NCBI GenBank assembly: GCA_001600695.1
Contig: BCKQ01000003.1
Span: 433,423-497,422, forward strand
Direction: 5' to 3'
Length of the DNA: 64,000 bases
DNA from: Ascoidea asiatica JCM 7603
Taxonomy: Eukaryota > Fungi > Ascomycota
In this document: positions 10,670 to 21,131 of the stretch, in pieces
Numbering within the stretch: position 1 is the first letter of the stretch
Layout: each line of letters starts with the position of its first letter
Notes under the pieces: model-generated
What the model saw: only the letters and a program-made list of their open reading frames with translations
What the model was told of the DNA's origin: nothing
Databases searched by the model: none
Program-made: the position numbers and the translations under genes

Positions 10670-11884
10670 ATGCAAATTTCTTCAACTTTAATAATCTCTT
10701 TATTAACTTGTGCTAAATATGTTTTATCTCATGGTATTGTTCAAGATTTAAAAATTGGTGATACTTGGTGGACTGGTTCTTTACCATATACTGATCAATA
10801 TGCTTCTCCAATACCTGAAAGAATTGTTTGGTCTTTTTTCACTGCTGGTAATAGTCCAATAGAAGATGTTACTTCAAATGATATAGTTTGTAATGTTGAT
10901 GCAAAATCTGCTGCTTTAACTGCTTCTATAAATGCTGGTTCTGAAATTACAATGTATTGGACAACATGGCCTGATTCTCATAAAGGTCCAATAATGACAT
11001 ATTTAGCAGATTGTGGTGGTGATTGTTCAAATATAACTCCTTCATCATTATCTTGGTTTAAAATTGCTGAAGATGGTTATGATTCTTCAACTGAAACTTG
11101 GGCAACTACAACTTTAATTGCAAATAATAATTCATATACTTTCACAATTCCTTCTGATATTTCTGCAGGTAATTATATATTAAGACATGAATTATTAGCT
11201 CTTCATAGTGCTGGAACTTCTGGTGGTGCTCAATTTTATCCAATGTGTGCTAATTTAGATATTACTGGTACTGGTACTGCAACTCCAAGTGGGGTTTCAT
11301 TTCCTGGTGCTTATTCTGCTTCTGATCCTGGAATTTTAGTTAATATTTATAATGGTTTAACTTCTTATACTATTCCAGGTCCAGATGTTTATGGTTCTTC
11401 ATCTTCTGCAACTACCGCTGCTGCTGCTGCTGCTGCCAAATCTTCCTTCGCTTCTTCTGTTTCTTCTGTTTCTGCAGCTGTTGAATCTGAACCTGCTACT
11501 TCTGCTACTTCTGCTGCTGCAATTACCACTAGTGCTACAAGTGCTGAAAAAGTTTCATCATCTGCAATTGATGAGTCTTATGGTACAAGTGAAGCAGAAG
11601 AAACTTCTATTGGTTCATTTACTACTGCACAAACTTTAAAAACTTTAACAGCAGCTGTAACAACTGCAACAACAACAACTCCAATTGAATCAACATCTGC
11701 TGTTGCTTCTATTGCTACTGCAGGTACTTCAACAATGTCAATTGCTTCATCATGTTATTCAAATTCTGTTGAATTTAATAAATGTCTTGATGATGTTAAT
11801 GTTTGTATTGCATCATCTCAAAAAGCTGGTGGTTATTCTGGTAGTACATGTGAAGCAAAAAGAGCTTCTTGTCAAATGTGTTAA
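10670..11884 (+). CDS. Secreted lytic polysaccharide monooxygenase, family AA9 (GH61), with Ser/Thr/Ala linker and C-terminal 6-Cys module
   Basis: A 20-aa signal peptide is followed by His1 (HGIV, codon 10730-10732). Second His in WPDSHKGPIMTYLA, then GNYILRHELLALHSA, GAQFYPMC with the axial Tyr, and FPGAYSASDPGI / YTIPGP. Confidence 0.96.
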   Translation: MQISSTLIISLLTCAKYVLSHGIVQDLKIGDTWWTGSLPYTDQYASPIPERIVWSFFTAGNSPIEDVTSNDIVCNVDAKSAALTASINAGSEITMYWTTWPDSHKGPIMTYLADCGGDCSNITPSSLSWFKIAEDGYDSSTETWATTTLIANNNSYTFTIPSDISAGNYILRHELLALHSAGTSGGAQFYPMCANLDITGTGTATPSGVSFPGAYSASDPGILVNIYNGLTSYTIPGPDVYGSSSSATTAAAAAAAKSSFASSVSSVSAAVESEPATSATSAAAITTSATSAEKVSSSAIDESYGTSEAEETSIGSFTTAQTLKTLTAAVTTATTTTPIESTSAVASIATAGTSTMSIASSCYSNSVEFNKCLDDVNVCIASSQKAGGYSGSTCEAKRASCQMC

Positions 11885-12247
11885 ACTTACTAAATTTTTT
11901 ATTTATTTTATATTCTTAAATATTTTATATTCATAAATATTTGAACTTATTTTCTTTTTTTTAATAGTTTAATCTAAAATTATTCTTTAAAAACTAACAT
12001 TGAATTGTTGTAAAAGGACCCTGAAAATTTACAATCTAAAAAAAAAAAGAAAATTTAAAATTGAAAATAAAAAAGCATATCCACAAATTCGGTCTCCATT
12101 GTTTTTTTGGTGTTGGATGTTAATATTCAATTGAAATTTGTTTTCTTCAGATTCAAGAAATAAAAACAGTTAAAACAATTGTAATGAAAACAATCAACAA
12201 TTAAAGAAATAATAATAATAATAATTATTGTATTTTACTCTTTTATA

Positions 12248-12868
12248 ATGGTTCTTCATAGTTTTTTAATCAAATTATTTATATTGGTATTCTATTGTCA
12301 ATATGTCAAAGCAAATACAGAATCAATTGTATTTAAAACTGAAGATAATCATATTAGTAATATAGATAGTGATGAATATGAATATGAATATGAATATAAA
12401 TATGAATATGAATTAGATACAAATATTGAAAAATTAATTTATTTAAATTCATCATATTTATCCAATACAGAATATGAAAATAATTCAATTTTAAATCATC
12501 TTAATCAAGAAATGTATATTAAATTAAATTGTGAAAATAATTATTTATATAATTTTAGAATCTCATGGCCTGCAATATATCCTATAAATATAAATTTAAA
12601 ATATTTTAAAAATAATAATAATAAAAATTTTATAAAATTAAATTATTATAGTAAATTTTATTCAAATAATTATAAAAAAATGAATAATGATTTAATTAAT
12701 ATTCCAATTAATTTAAAATTAATTTCAATGAATTATAAAATTTATGGAATTAAAAATTTAAAAATTCCAATACCAATTGATTTAATTAATTTAATTAAAT
12801 ATATTTTTTTAATTTTATTATTATCATTTCCATTAAGTTTAATTATTTATAATAAAGTTCTAAATTAG
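12248..12868 (+). CDS. PGA1: GPI mannosyltransferase II co-activator Pga1-like
   Basis: Signal peptide followed by [17 protein letters not shown] motif, C-terminal IPIDL plus one TM helix. Confidence 0.75.
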   Translation: MVLHSFLIKLFILVFYCQYVKANTESIVFKTEDNHISNIDSDEYEYEYEYKYEYELDTNIEKLIYLNSSYLSNTEYENNSILNHLNQEMYIKLNCENNYLYNFRISWPAIYPININLKYFKNNNNKNFIKLNYYSKFYSNNYKKMNNDLINIPINLKLISMNYKIYGIKNLKIPIPIDLINLIKYIFLILLLSFPLSLIIYNKVLN

Positions 12869-13064
12869 TTCCATTATGAATTTCATAATCATCTAAAGTT
12901 ATCATATCTTTTAAAATTATTATATTCTTCTTTAATTGAATCTTTTCTGGTGATGTTCCAATTTGAGCTGCTAATAATTTCTTAAAATCTCCAATGGTAT
13001 CATCTTCAAGACACTTCACTCTCACTTTCTTCCCCAATCTGTCATTACAAAGTACCTCAATCAT
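12843..13064 (-). CDS. HUB1: Ubiquitin-like modifier Hub1
   Basis: [18 protein letters not shown]...DTIGDFKKL...LELYYK; 73 aa with the C-terminal di-tyrosine. Confidence 0.99.
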   Translation of the reverse strand: MIEVLCNDRLGKKVRVKCLEDDTIGDFKKLLAAQIGTSPEKIQLKKNIIILKDMITLDDYEIHNGTNLELYYK

Positions 13065-13553
13065 CTTCAGTTTCTAACTCTGTTCACTGCCTTCAACATA
13101 AACTCTTCTCTTCTTCTTCTTTACTTCTTCCTTTCTCTTCAGATCAGTAAACAACAAAACAAACACCAAAACAAACACCAAAACAAAACAAAACAAAAAC
13201 AAATTCAAATCAGTTCAAAAATCACAAAATCAGTCACATGCAAAAATGCGTGCAATTTCCAAAAAAAAAATGAATTCGGTTTAGTGTTGCGCTCTTCCGG
13301 TAGATCCGCACCACGGAAGAAAGTCTCGTTCCCGCGGTTTCTTTTTCTGCTGCAAATTTAAATTTGGCTGACTCTCAAAGTTTTATTTGAGAAAAGATTT
13401 GAAAATTGTTATTATTTGAATTCTTTTCGACATACTCGATTTTATTCATATTCATTTAATCCAGTTTTTTTAATGTTTTAAGTCTGATGAATGAAATAAT
13501 TAACTGAAGTGAAATGAACTCAATAATAGAAATACTAAGAAGAAGTATATAAA
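13065..13553. promoter_or_regulatory. Divergent HUB1/ABZ1 promoter
   Basis: Head-to-head genes. GC-rich core about 13275-13350, Cbf1-type GTCACATG at 13233-13240 and Gcn4-like TGACTCT at 13369-13375. Confidence 0.55.
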
Positions 13554-15914
13554 ATGCCAATATTATTAATAGATTCATATGATTCATTTACATTTAATTT
13601 AAAAAATTTAATTGAAATTTCAACAAATCAAAAAGTTTTTGTAATTCATAATGATTCAATTTCTTTTAAAATTTTTTTAAATTTAAATTTAATTAATTAT
13701 TTTGATTGTATAATTATTGGTCCAGGTCCAGGTAATCCAAAATTTTTAAAAGATATTGGAATTATTAATGATATTTTTAATAATTTATCAATTTATTATC
13801 CTTTTACAATTCCAATTTTTGGTATTTGTTTAGGTTTTCAATCTTTATGTTATTCAAATAATTATGATATTCAAATTTTAAATCAAATTCAACATGGTCA
13901 AGTTTATGATATTCAAATTATTCAAGAATCTTTATCTAATTCAATTGATTCAATATTTCAAAATTTTAATAAAAATTCATTTAAATCTGTTAGATATCAT
14001 TCATTACATGTAAATATTAATTCAAATAATAATAATATAATTCCATTGGCTTATACTTTTGAATCAAATGGTGATAAAATTTTAATGGCTGGTAAACATA
14101 TAAATTTACCATATTATGGAGTACAATATCATCCAGAATCTATAAATTCTGAATTTGGTTCATTATTAATTAAAAATTTTTATTTTAATATTGTTAAACC
14201 TTATAATAATAATAATAATAGAATAATCTCAAATAAGTCAAATGATTTAAAAACTTTATCAAATTTAATGAATCCATTTCTAATTAAACCAAAATTATCA
14301 TTATCTATTATTAATAATATCAAAAAAGATAATGATATTGATTTAAATATAAAAATAATTGATGATTTTAAAACTAATAATTTAAAAATTATAAAATTAT
14401 ATGAAATTTTATCAAATTATATTAATAATGATATTTTTTTATTAAATTCAAGTTCAAAACCTGGAATTTGGACAATATTTGGTATTCCAATTGAAAATCA
14501 TTCAAAAATTATAACTAATTATTATAATATTTCAAATAAAAAAAATATAATTAAAACAAGTTTATATAAAGGGAATATTATTGAAGAAAATGATAATAAT
14601 AATAATAATAAAAGTTCAATTTGGGATTATTTAAATGAATTTATGATTAATAAATTAAATTATTTCAAAAACTGTAATGACAAAAATGAATTGATTTATA
14701 AATTACCTTTTATTGGTGGTTTGATTGGAATTTTAACTTATGAAGAATGTGATTTAATTTTAAATAATTCAAATATAAATATTACAAAAGATAATTTAAA
14801 AATTTTAAGTAAATTAATTTATATTGAAAGAGTTATATTATTAAATAATATAGATAATAAATTATATATAATTTCAATTAAAAAAAATGATTTAAATTGG
14901 GTTAATGATATGAATAATTTTCTTTTAAATATATCTTTAGATGATAAACCTAATAATGATATAAATTTCAAAGATGAATTGATAAAAATTGAAAAACCAA
15001 ATAAAGAAGATTATATTAAAAAAATAAGAAAATGTAAAGAATATTTAAATAAAGGAGATTCATATGAATTATGTTTAACAGATCAATGTAAAATATTTCT
15101 TAATAAAGAAAATAATAAATATCACAAAGAAGATAGAAATAGAGATTGGAAATTATATAAAAAATTAAATTTAATGAATCCAAGTCCATATTCAGTTTTT
15201 TTTAAATTTGATAAAGAAATTAAATTAATTTCATCATCACCAGAAAGATTTTTAAATTGGAATTATAAATTGAATAAATGTGAATTAAGACCAATTAAAG
15301 GTACAGTTAGTAAAAAAAAAAAATTAAATTTTAATGAAGTTTATAAAATTTTAAAATCAAGAAAAGAAATTGGTGAAAATTTAATGATTGTTGATTTAAT
15401 TAGAAATGATTTATTTACAATTTTAGATAAAGTTAAAGTTATAAAATTAATGAATATTGAAGAATATGAAACTGTTTATCAATTAGTTTCAGTTATTGAA
15501 GGAGATTTAAGAGTTAAAAGAAATAACAATTTTGAAAATAATCAAGAAGATGAATTAATTAATGGAATTGATGTATTATGTAATTGTTTACCAGCAGGAT
15601 CAATGACTGGAGCACCTAAAAAAAGATCAGTTGAAATTTTAAATAATTTAGAAAATCATAAATCAAGGGGAATTTATTCTGGAGTTTGTGGATATTGGTC
15701 AGTTCATGATAATGGAGATTGGAGCGTAATAATTAGATCATTATTTAGTTATGAAAATGATATTGACAATAAAAATAGTAATGAAGAGATTAAAGAATGT
15801 GAAATTTGGAGAATTGGAGCTGGTGGAGCAATAACTGTATTAAGTAATGAAGAAGATGAATTTGAAGAAATGAGTGTGAAACTTGACAGTGCACTTCAAA
15901 TATTCACAAGCTAG
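13554..15914 (+). CDS. ABZ1: Aminodeoxychorismate (PABA) synthase
   Basis: GATase domain (LLIDSYDSFTFNL, GPGPG, GICLGFQ, RYHSL, GVQYHPES) fused to a chorismate-binding domain (SSPERFL, RPIKGT, ENLMIVDLIRNDL, GSMTGAPK, IGAGGAIT). Confidence 0.98.
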   Translation: MPILLIDSYDSFTFNLKNLIEISTNQKVFVIHNDSISFKIFLNLNLINYFDCIIIGPGPGNPKFLKDIGIINDIFNNLSIYYPFTIPIFGICLGFQSLCYSNNYDIQILNQIQHGQVYDIQIIQESLSNSIDSIFQNFNKNSFKSVRYHSLHVNINSNNNNIIPLAYTFESNGDKILMAGKHINLPYYGVQYHPESINSEFGSLLIKNFYFNIVKPYNNNNNRIISNKSNDLKTLSNLMNPFLIKPKLSLSIINNIKKDNDIDLNIKIIDDFKTNNLKIIKLYEILSNYINNDIFLLNSSSKPGIWTIFGIPIENHSKIITNYYNISNKKNIIKTSLYKGNIIEENDNNNNNKSSIWDYLNEFMINKLNYFKNCNDKNELIYKLPFIGGLIGILTYEECDLILNNSNINITKDNLKILSKLIYIERVILLNNIDNKLYIISIKKNDLNWVNDMNNFLLNISLDDKPNNDINFKDELIKIEKPNKEDYIKKIRKCKEYLNKGDSYELCLTDQCKIFLNKENNKYHKEDRNRDWKLYKKLNLMNPSPYSVFFKFDKEIKLISSSPERFLNWNYKLNKCELRPIKGTVSKKKKLNFNEVYKILKSRKEIGENLMIVDLIRNDLFTILDKVKVIKLMNIEEYETVYQLVSVIEGDLRVKRNNNFENNQEDELINGIDVLCNCLPAGSMTGAPKKRSVEILNNLENHKSRGIYSGVCGYWSVHDNGDWSVIIRSLFSYENDIDNKNSNEEIKECEIWRIGAGGAITVLSNEEDEFEEMSVKLDSALQIFTS

Positions 15915-16094
15915 TATGAATATTGGTCTTCAATTTATGTATAAAGAGTATTTTTATTTATTAATATATTGTATATTTTGTATCCAGATTAAGCACAAGC
16001 CGAGTATATATTTTTAGCTCAGGGTCCAGAACTTGTCAAAATTACGTAATCAACCACAAAACCGGTCTCAAATGCAATCAACTGCTGAAATATT

Positions 16095-16345
16095 CCTAGT
16101 GGTGCTCTCCACACTCCACCGAAGGCCAGCCCACCTCACTGCACATTACTCCCATTGCCCTGGCTCTGTTTCCGCTGACCCGCTGCAGTGGCACCACTCC
16201 CTGCCTAACGGCCCTGCCACGCCACGTACGCCACCTCTCCCACGTCCGCCACGCTGCGGCTGGGCCATTGCTCCGCTCGGGTCTGGTGCCGTCACAGCGA
16301 AAACTCCATCTTCAGCTGCCTCTGCCTCTGTCTCTGCCCTTTGGC
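16095..16345. promoter_or_regulatory. GC island upstream of the PDK gene with clustered (G/C)CCAC motifs
   Basis: Very GC-rich, C-skewed tract; GCCAC at 16216, 16221, 16230, 16248 and CCCAC at 16239. Confidence 0.5.
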
Positions 16346-16937
16346 TTTTGTATGGTGATTACTTTCTGTATCTTTTAACTCGATTATCACCAAATCCACT
16401 CACTTCCATTTATTTCTTTCAAAATATTTATTTTTTTTTTGATTTCACTTCTATTCTTTATTAATTATTTATTCTTTTATTTCTTTTATTCTTTTATTAT
16501 TTATTAATCTTTTATCCTTTACTCTTTATTCGTTATTATTCAATCAATTGAGAGGTGGTGATTAAGAACTTTTAATAGAATTTGGGGGTTATTCACTATT
16601 TTAAAGTGAATCAAAGATCTGACCATTTATTATATTGCTTCATCTCAAGACTTCATATTCTTTAAAAGTAATTAATAAATTCATTTTAAATCTAATTGTT
16701 TAAATATATATATATAATTATATTTGCAATTACATATAGAGTGATTTGTATATAATATAAATATCAATATATATCAATATATATATATATATATATATAC
16801 CGTATATATATATATCTGTTTAGATATAGATATAGACATAGAAAGATAGATAAATATATGACAGATATAAAATCAAAATAAATATTCTCTATAATTCAAT
16901 CACTCTTTTCATTTTCAATTCATATTAATAAATCAAT

Positions 16938-18476
16938 ATGTCTTCAACAGGTTGGAAATTAACAAAAGGTTTACTTGATGATATACGCTATTATGCAAAA
17001 TTTCAACAATCTGGTATATCATTAAGACAAATGGTTCAATTTGGTCATAATCCTTCTCCAGGTTCTTTATTTAGAGCTTCTCAATTTGTTGCAGAAGAAT
17101 TACCAATAAGATTAGCTCATAGAGTTAAAGAATTAGATGAATTACCTGATGGTTTAAATCAAATGCCTTCAATAATTAAAGTTAAAAATTGGTATGCTCA
17201 ATCTTTTAGTGAATTAACAAATTTAAAAAAACCAGTAATTGATGATGATGTTAAAAAAATTTTATATAAATCTCATACAAATAATTTATCAAGATTATCA
17301 AATTCACCTTCAACAAATATAAATGATTTAAATACTTTAAATAATTCTGAAGATAATAAAGATAATCCAAAAAAATTTATGAATAGATTACATGAATTTA
17401 ATGATGATGGAATTTATATTAAAAGATCTCATTTTTTTCATCAACAAACTCATACTCATCCTGATACTCATATAATATCTTCATCTTCACTGCCTGGTAT
17501 TCAATTTGATTCAAATTTAATTTCAAATAATCCAAATCCAAATATTAATTCAAATTCAAATATTTTTAATGTATCTCAATCAAGAAAAAAATATTTTGTT
17601 TCAATGCCAACTAATTATGCATGGCCTTCAGAAATTTATTTATATAATAAAGCTTTAAAAGATACTTTAATAAAAATTAGAAAAAGACATGATCCGACTG
17701 TTGTAACTGTTGCTCAAGGTGTTAAAGAATGGAAAGAAAAAAAAAAATTAATAATGTTAGATTCTTCTATACAATCTTTTCTTGATAGATTTTATATGTC
17801 AAGAATTGGTATAAGAATGTTAATTGGTCAACAAATTGCTTTAAATGAAGAACCTGTAAGAGATGATTATGTTGGGATTATATGTTTAAAAACAAATGTA
17901 CAAGAAATTGCTCAAGATGCTATAGATAATGCAAGATATATTTGTGAACAATATTATGGTTTATTTGAAGCTCCAAAAATTGAATTATATTGTTCTGCAA
18001 ATATAAATTTTATGTATGTACCTGGACATTTAATTCATATGTTATATGAAATTTTAAAAAATTCATTAAGAGCAACAGTTGAATTTCATTCAAAATTACC
18101 TGAAAATAAAAATAAAGATATTTATGATATAAAATTTCCAAGAATAAAAGTTATTGTAACTGAAGGTAATGAAGATATTACAATAAAAATTTCTGATGAA
18201 GGTGGTGGTATAAGAAGAAGTACAATACCTTTAATTTGGACTTATCTTTATACAACAGTTACAGATACTCCAGATATAAATGATGAAAATTTTGTTAATG
18301 GTGGCTCATCTCAATTTGTTGCTCCAATGGCAGGTTTAGGTTATGGTTTAAGTTTATCAAGATTATATGCAAGATATTTTGGTGGGGATATAAAATTAAT
18401 AAGTATGGAAGGTTATGGTACAGATGCTTATCTACATTTAAATAAATTAGGTAGTTCTTCTGAACCTCTTCAATAA
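16938..18476 (+). CDS. Mitochondrial pyruvate dehydrogenase kinase (PDK/BCKDK family)
   Basis: SLRQMVQFG, ELPIRLAHRV, FLDRFYMSRIGIRMLIGQ, EILKNSLRA (N box), KISDEGGG, MAGLGYGLSLSRLYARYFGG and SMEGYGTD. Confidence 0.97.
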   Translation: MSSTGWKLTKGLLDDIRYYAKFQQSGISLRQMVQFGHNPSPGSLFRASQFVAEELPIRLAHRVKELDELPDGLNQMPSIIKVKNWYAQSFSELTNLKKPVIDDDVKKILYKSHTNNLSRLSNSPSTNINDLNTLNNSEDNKDNPKKFMNRLHEFNDDGIYIKRSHFFHQQTHTHPDTHIISSSSLPGIQFDSNLISNNPNPNINSNSNIFNVSQSRKKYFVSMPTNYAWPSEIYLYNKALKDTLIKIRKRHDPTVVTVAQGVKEWKEKKKLIMLDSSIQSFLDRFYMSRIGIRMLIGQQIALNEEPVRDDYVGIICLKTNVQEIAQDAIDNARYICEQYYGLFEAPKIELYCSANINFMYVPGHLIHMLYEILKNSLRATVEFHSKLPENKNKDIYDIKFPRIKVIVTEGNEDITIKISDEGGGIRRSTIPLIWTYLYTTVTDTPDINDENFVNGGSSQFVAPMAGLGYGLSLSRLYARYFGGDIKLISMEGYGTDAYLHLNKLGSSSEPLQ

Positions 18477-18556
18477 AAGTATAAAAATTTGTATTAGTAT
18501 TTGTATAATTTTTTTTTTTTCAAATTTTTTCTTTTTTTTTTTTATTAAATTCTCTA

Positions 18557-19126
18557 TTAAACTAATGTGGTATTATTATTAGCATTGATTTTTTCATTAA
18601 ATCTTTCATTAAATTTTTCATTGAATTGAGACACTTTAATTATTGGAATATCTAAATTTGAATTTGAATTTAAGTTAATAATATTATTATGTTGATATAA
18701 AAATTTTTGAAAGAGATATAAACAATCAATATTAATTGAAATAAAACTTAAGAAAAATTTACCAAAATTTTGTGTAACTAATTGAATTGAAAAAGTATTA
18801 TCATTTTTAATTAAAAAATCTAAGATTAATTGAATTATACAAAATATTGAACCAATGAAATCTAAATAAATCATTAAAAATTTCAAAACCAAAAATTGAT
18901 TTTTTCTTAAAATTTAAGAATAATTGTGGTAAATGTTTGAATAAATTTATGAATAATTTTATATAAGTTAAAATTTCAGTTAATTTAATTAATAAAATTG
19001 AATTTGATATGAAAACTTTATATAAATTTGAAATAATTATAATAAATATTGAAATAATTATAGGTTTAGTTGATTTATTCAATCTTGATAAAATATGGAT
19101 TATGATTTTGAAATTATTATAAATAA

Positions 19127-19200
<74 letters not shown>

Positions 19201-19604
19201 GTAGTATGATTAAATTTTTTAATTCTATAATAAAACACTTGAAAAACAGTTACATATAACATAAATAAACCATGAGATATATATAACATATCAATATAAT
19301 TCAATAATGGTTTTGAATCTAAATTTTTGGAATTGAAATGAGATTGAGAATATTGAAATTGAACAGTTGGATTATAAATTAATAAATAGACAGAAGTAAA
19401 ATAACAATGATATCCTAAGTAATTCAATATTAATGAATCAATTGACATTCCATCAGAAGATTTTAATTTATGATTTAAAATTAATGGTGGATAAAATGCA
19501 ATACTCCAATTTATTAAATATGACCAACCGAAAATTGTAGAAAGTAATTTTAAAGTTGAAATACTCAAGCCATATTGATTTGAATCTATTGATATTTCTT
19601 CCAT
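18557..19604 (-). CDS. ERS1: Cystinosin/Ers1 PQ-loop cystine transporter, interrupted by a 1-nt frameshift near 18876-18880
   Basis: ORF 18807-19604 has GWSYLINWSIAFYPPLILNHKLKSSDGMSID and KHLPQLFLNFKKKSIFGF. The expected continuation LMIYLDFIGSIFCIIQL...NFGKFFLSFISINIDCLYLFQKFLY lies in the adjacent frame (ORF 18557-18892). Confidence 0.85.
19128..19200 (-). repeat. (AAT)n poly-Asn microsatellite inside ERS1
   Basis: Long uninterrupted TAT array on the + strand. Confidence 0.9.
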
Positions 19605-21131
19605 AGTTTTATCATTTTCTAGTCAATTTGTTCAATTAATAATTGCTGAGTGTGATTGAATTCAAAGTAATATTTGAAAGTCTTTTTAAGAGAAAGAATA
19701 TCGAAATAAATATAAGAAAGAATTGAATAAATTGAATGAATTGATTGAAATGATTAAAATGATTAAAATAAACAAATAAAGGTTTAAAAATAAGCCCAAA
19801 AATAAATAAAAAGCTGGCCATCTTCAGCCGCACCGGATTTGATTGTCCGCACGCAGGATATTTAAGGATATGTTAAAAAATATAAAAGTACAACCCTGAC
19901 TAATGGATACACGGATTATTCGTTAGTGGCGGAAGTCTAAAAATCAAGAAAACTTTAATCGAAATCCTAAATTTTACGTTTATTTGAAGAAGGTGGAATT
20001 TTTGAGCATTTTCACTTAAAAAATATATTTATTTGCTATAAAAGAAAAATGCATAAAAAAAAAAGTAATATTCAAAAACTTGTCAGACAGCCATTATTAT
20101 CCATCCAATTAATTACTCCTTCCGAAAAAGTATGTAATAATGGATTGAAATCATTGCTCCTTTCTTAAGATATCAACTCAATAGAATATCTTTACAAACG
20201 AAAGGCAAATTAAAAACAAGATATCCAGACCAACAAAGGACCACAGATAAACTAATTGAAATTCTCATTCAATGGATATAATGGTATTCATCTCATCATC
20301 CAAGTTGGATTTGATGGCTCTTTTGAAGAATCAAAGAGAGACGTGACCTATAGAAATGATCCTACTATTGAATTTGTTAGTGATTGAAATTATCTAGTGT
20401 AATAATAATTATTATTTGAACCATATGGTAAGCTACTTACTGAAGTACGTCGACAAAGAAAAAAAGAGAAATAAATTAAATAAAAATGATGAAAATAGCT
20501 GTGCTTTTATACCAAGAATTCCATCTTTGTTCAAAGAAGATCATTCCATCAGTGACTTACCCAGGCTTTGTTATTTTCCTGTCTTTGAAATACTTCTATT
20601 GACTCCTTTTTTAGGTCTTTGATTTAATTTTTTTTGTCTTCTTTTTCTTTCTAACTTTACTTTAATTTTTATTTATTATCGTTGGAATGAAGATACAAAA
20701 ATTACCAAATAAATGTATATTTGATACGGAAATAAATACCTAGCTGAAAATAAATTGAAAATTAAAATGAATTAAAAATAAAATCAGTTTTGAGCATTCT
20801 TTTTCATAGTATTCTTTTTAACACAAATCATATAATCAATATCATATTATTCAAATGACAGCCATTTATCAAGCCATTATATCTCAATTACAAATTTATA
20901 CCTATTACTCAAGTAATATAAGTATCTGAATATATTTAACAATAAATCACTGAAGAATACCTACTCACCAAATTTTTTAATTTTCAATTTATGATATTCA
21001 ACTTATATCAATGACTTCGTATTATCACAAATTGAAGAAGTTCTACATAAGATTTTTCGAAATTTAGTTTTCATTTTCTAAAAGTATGTGTTTATACTAT
21101 ATTATATTATATGATACTATTTTTTAAACGC

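Noticed and set aside
20257-20388. Short protein-like frame LKFSFNGYNGIHLIIQVGFDGSFEESKRDVTYRNDPTIEFVSD
   Set aside because: No ATG or recognisable family; possibly a pseudogene fragment but unsupported.
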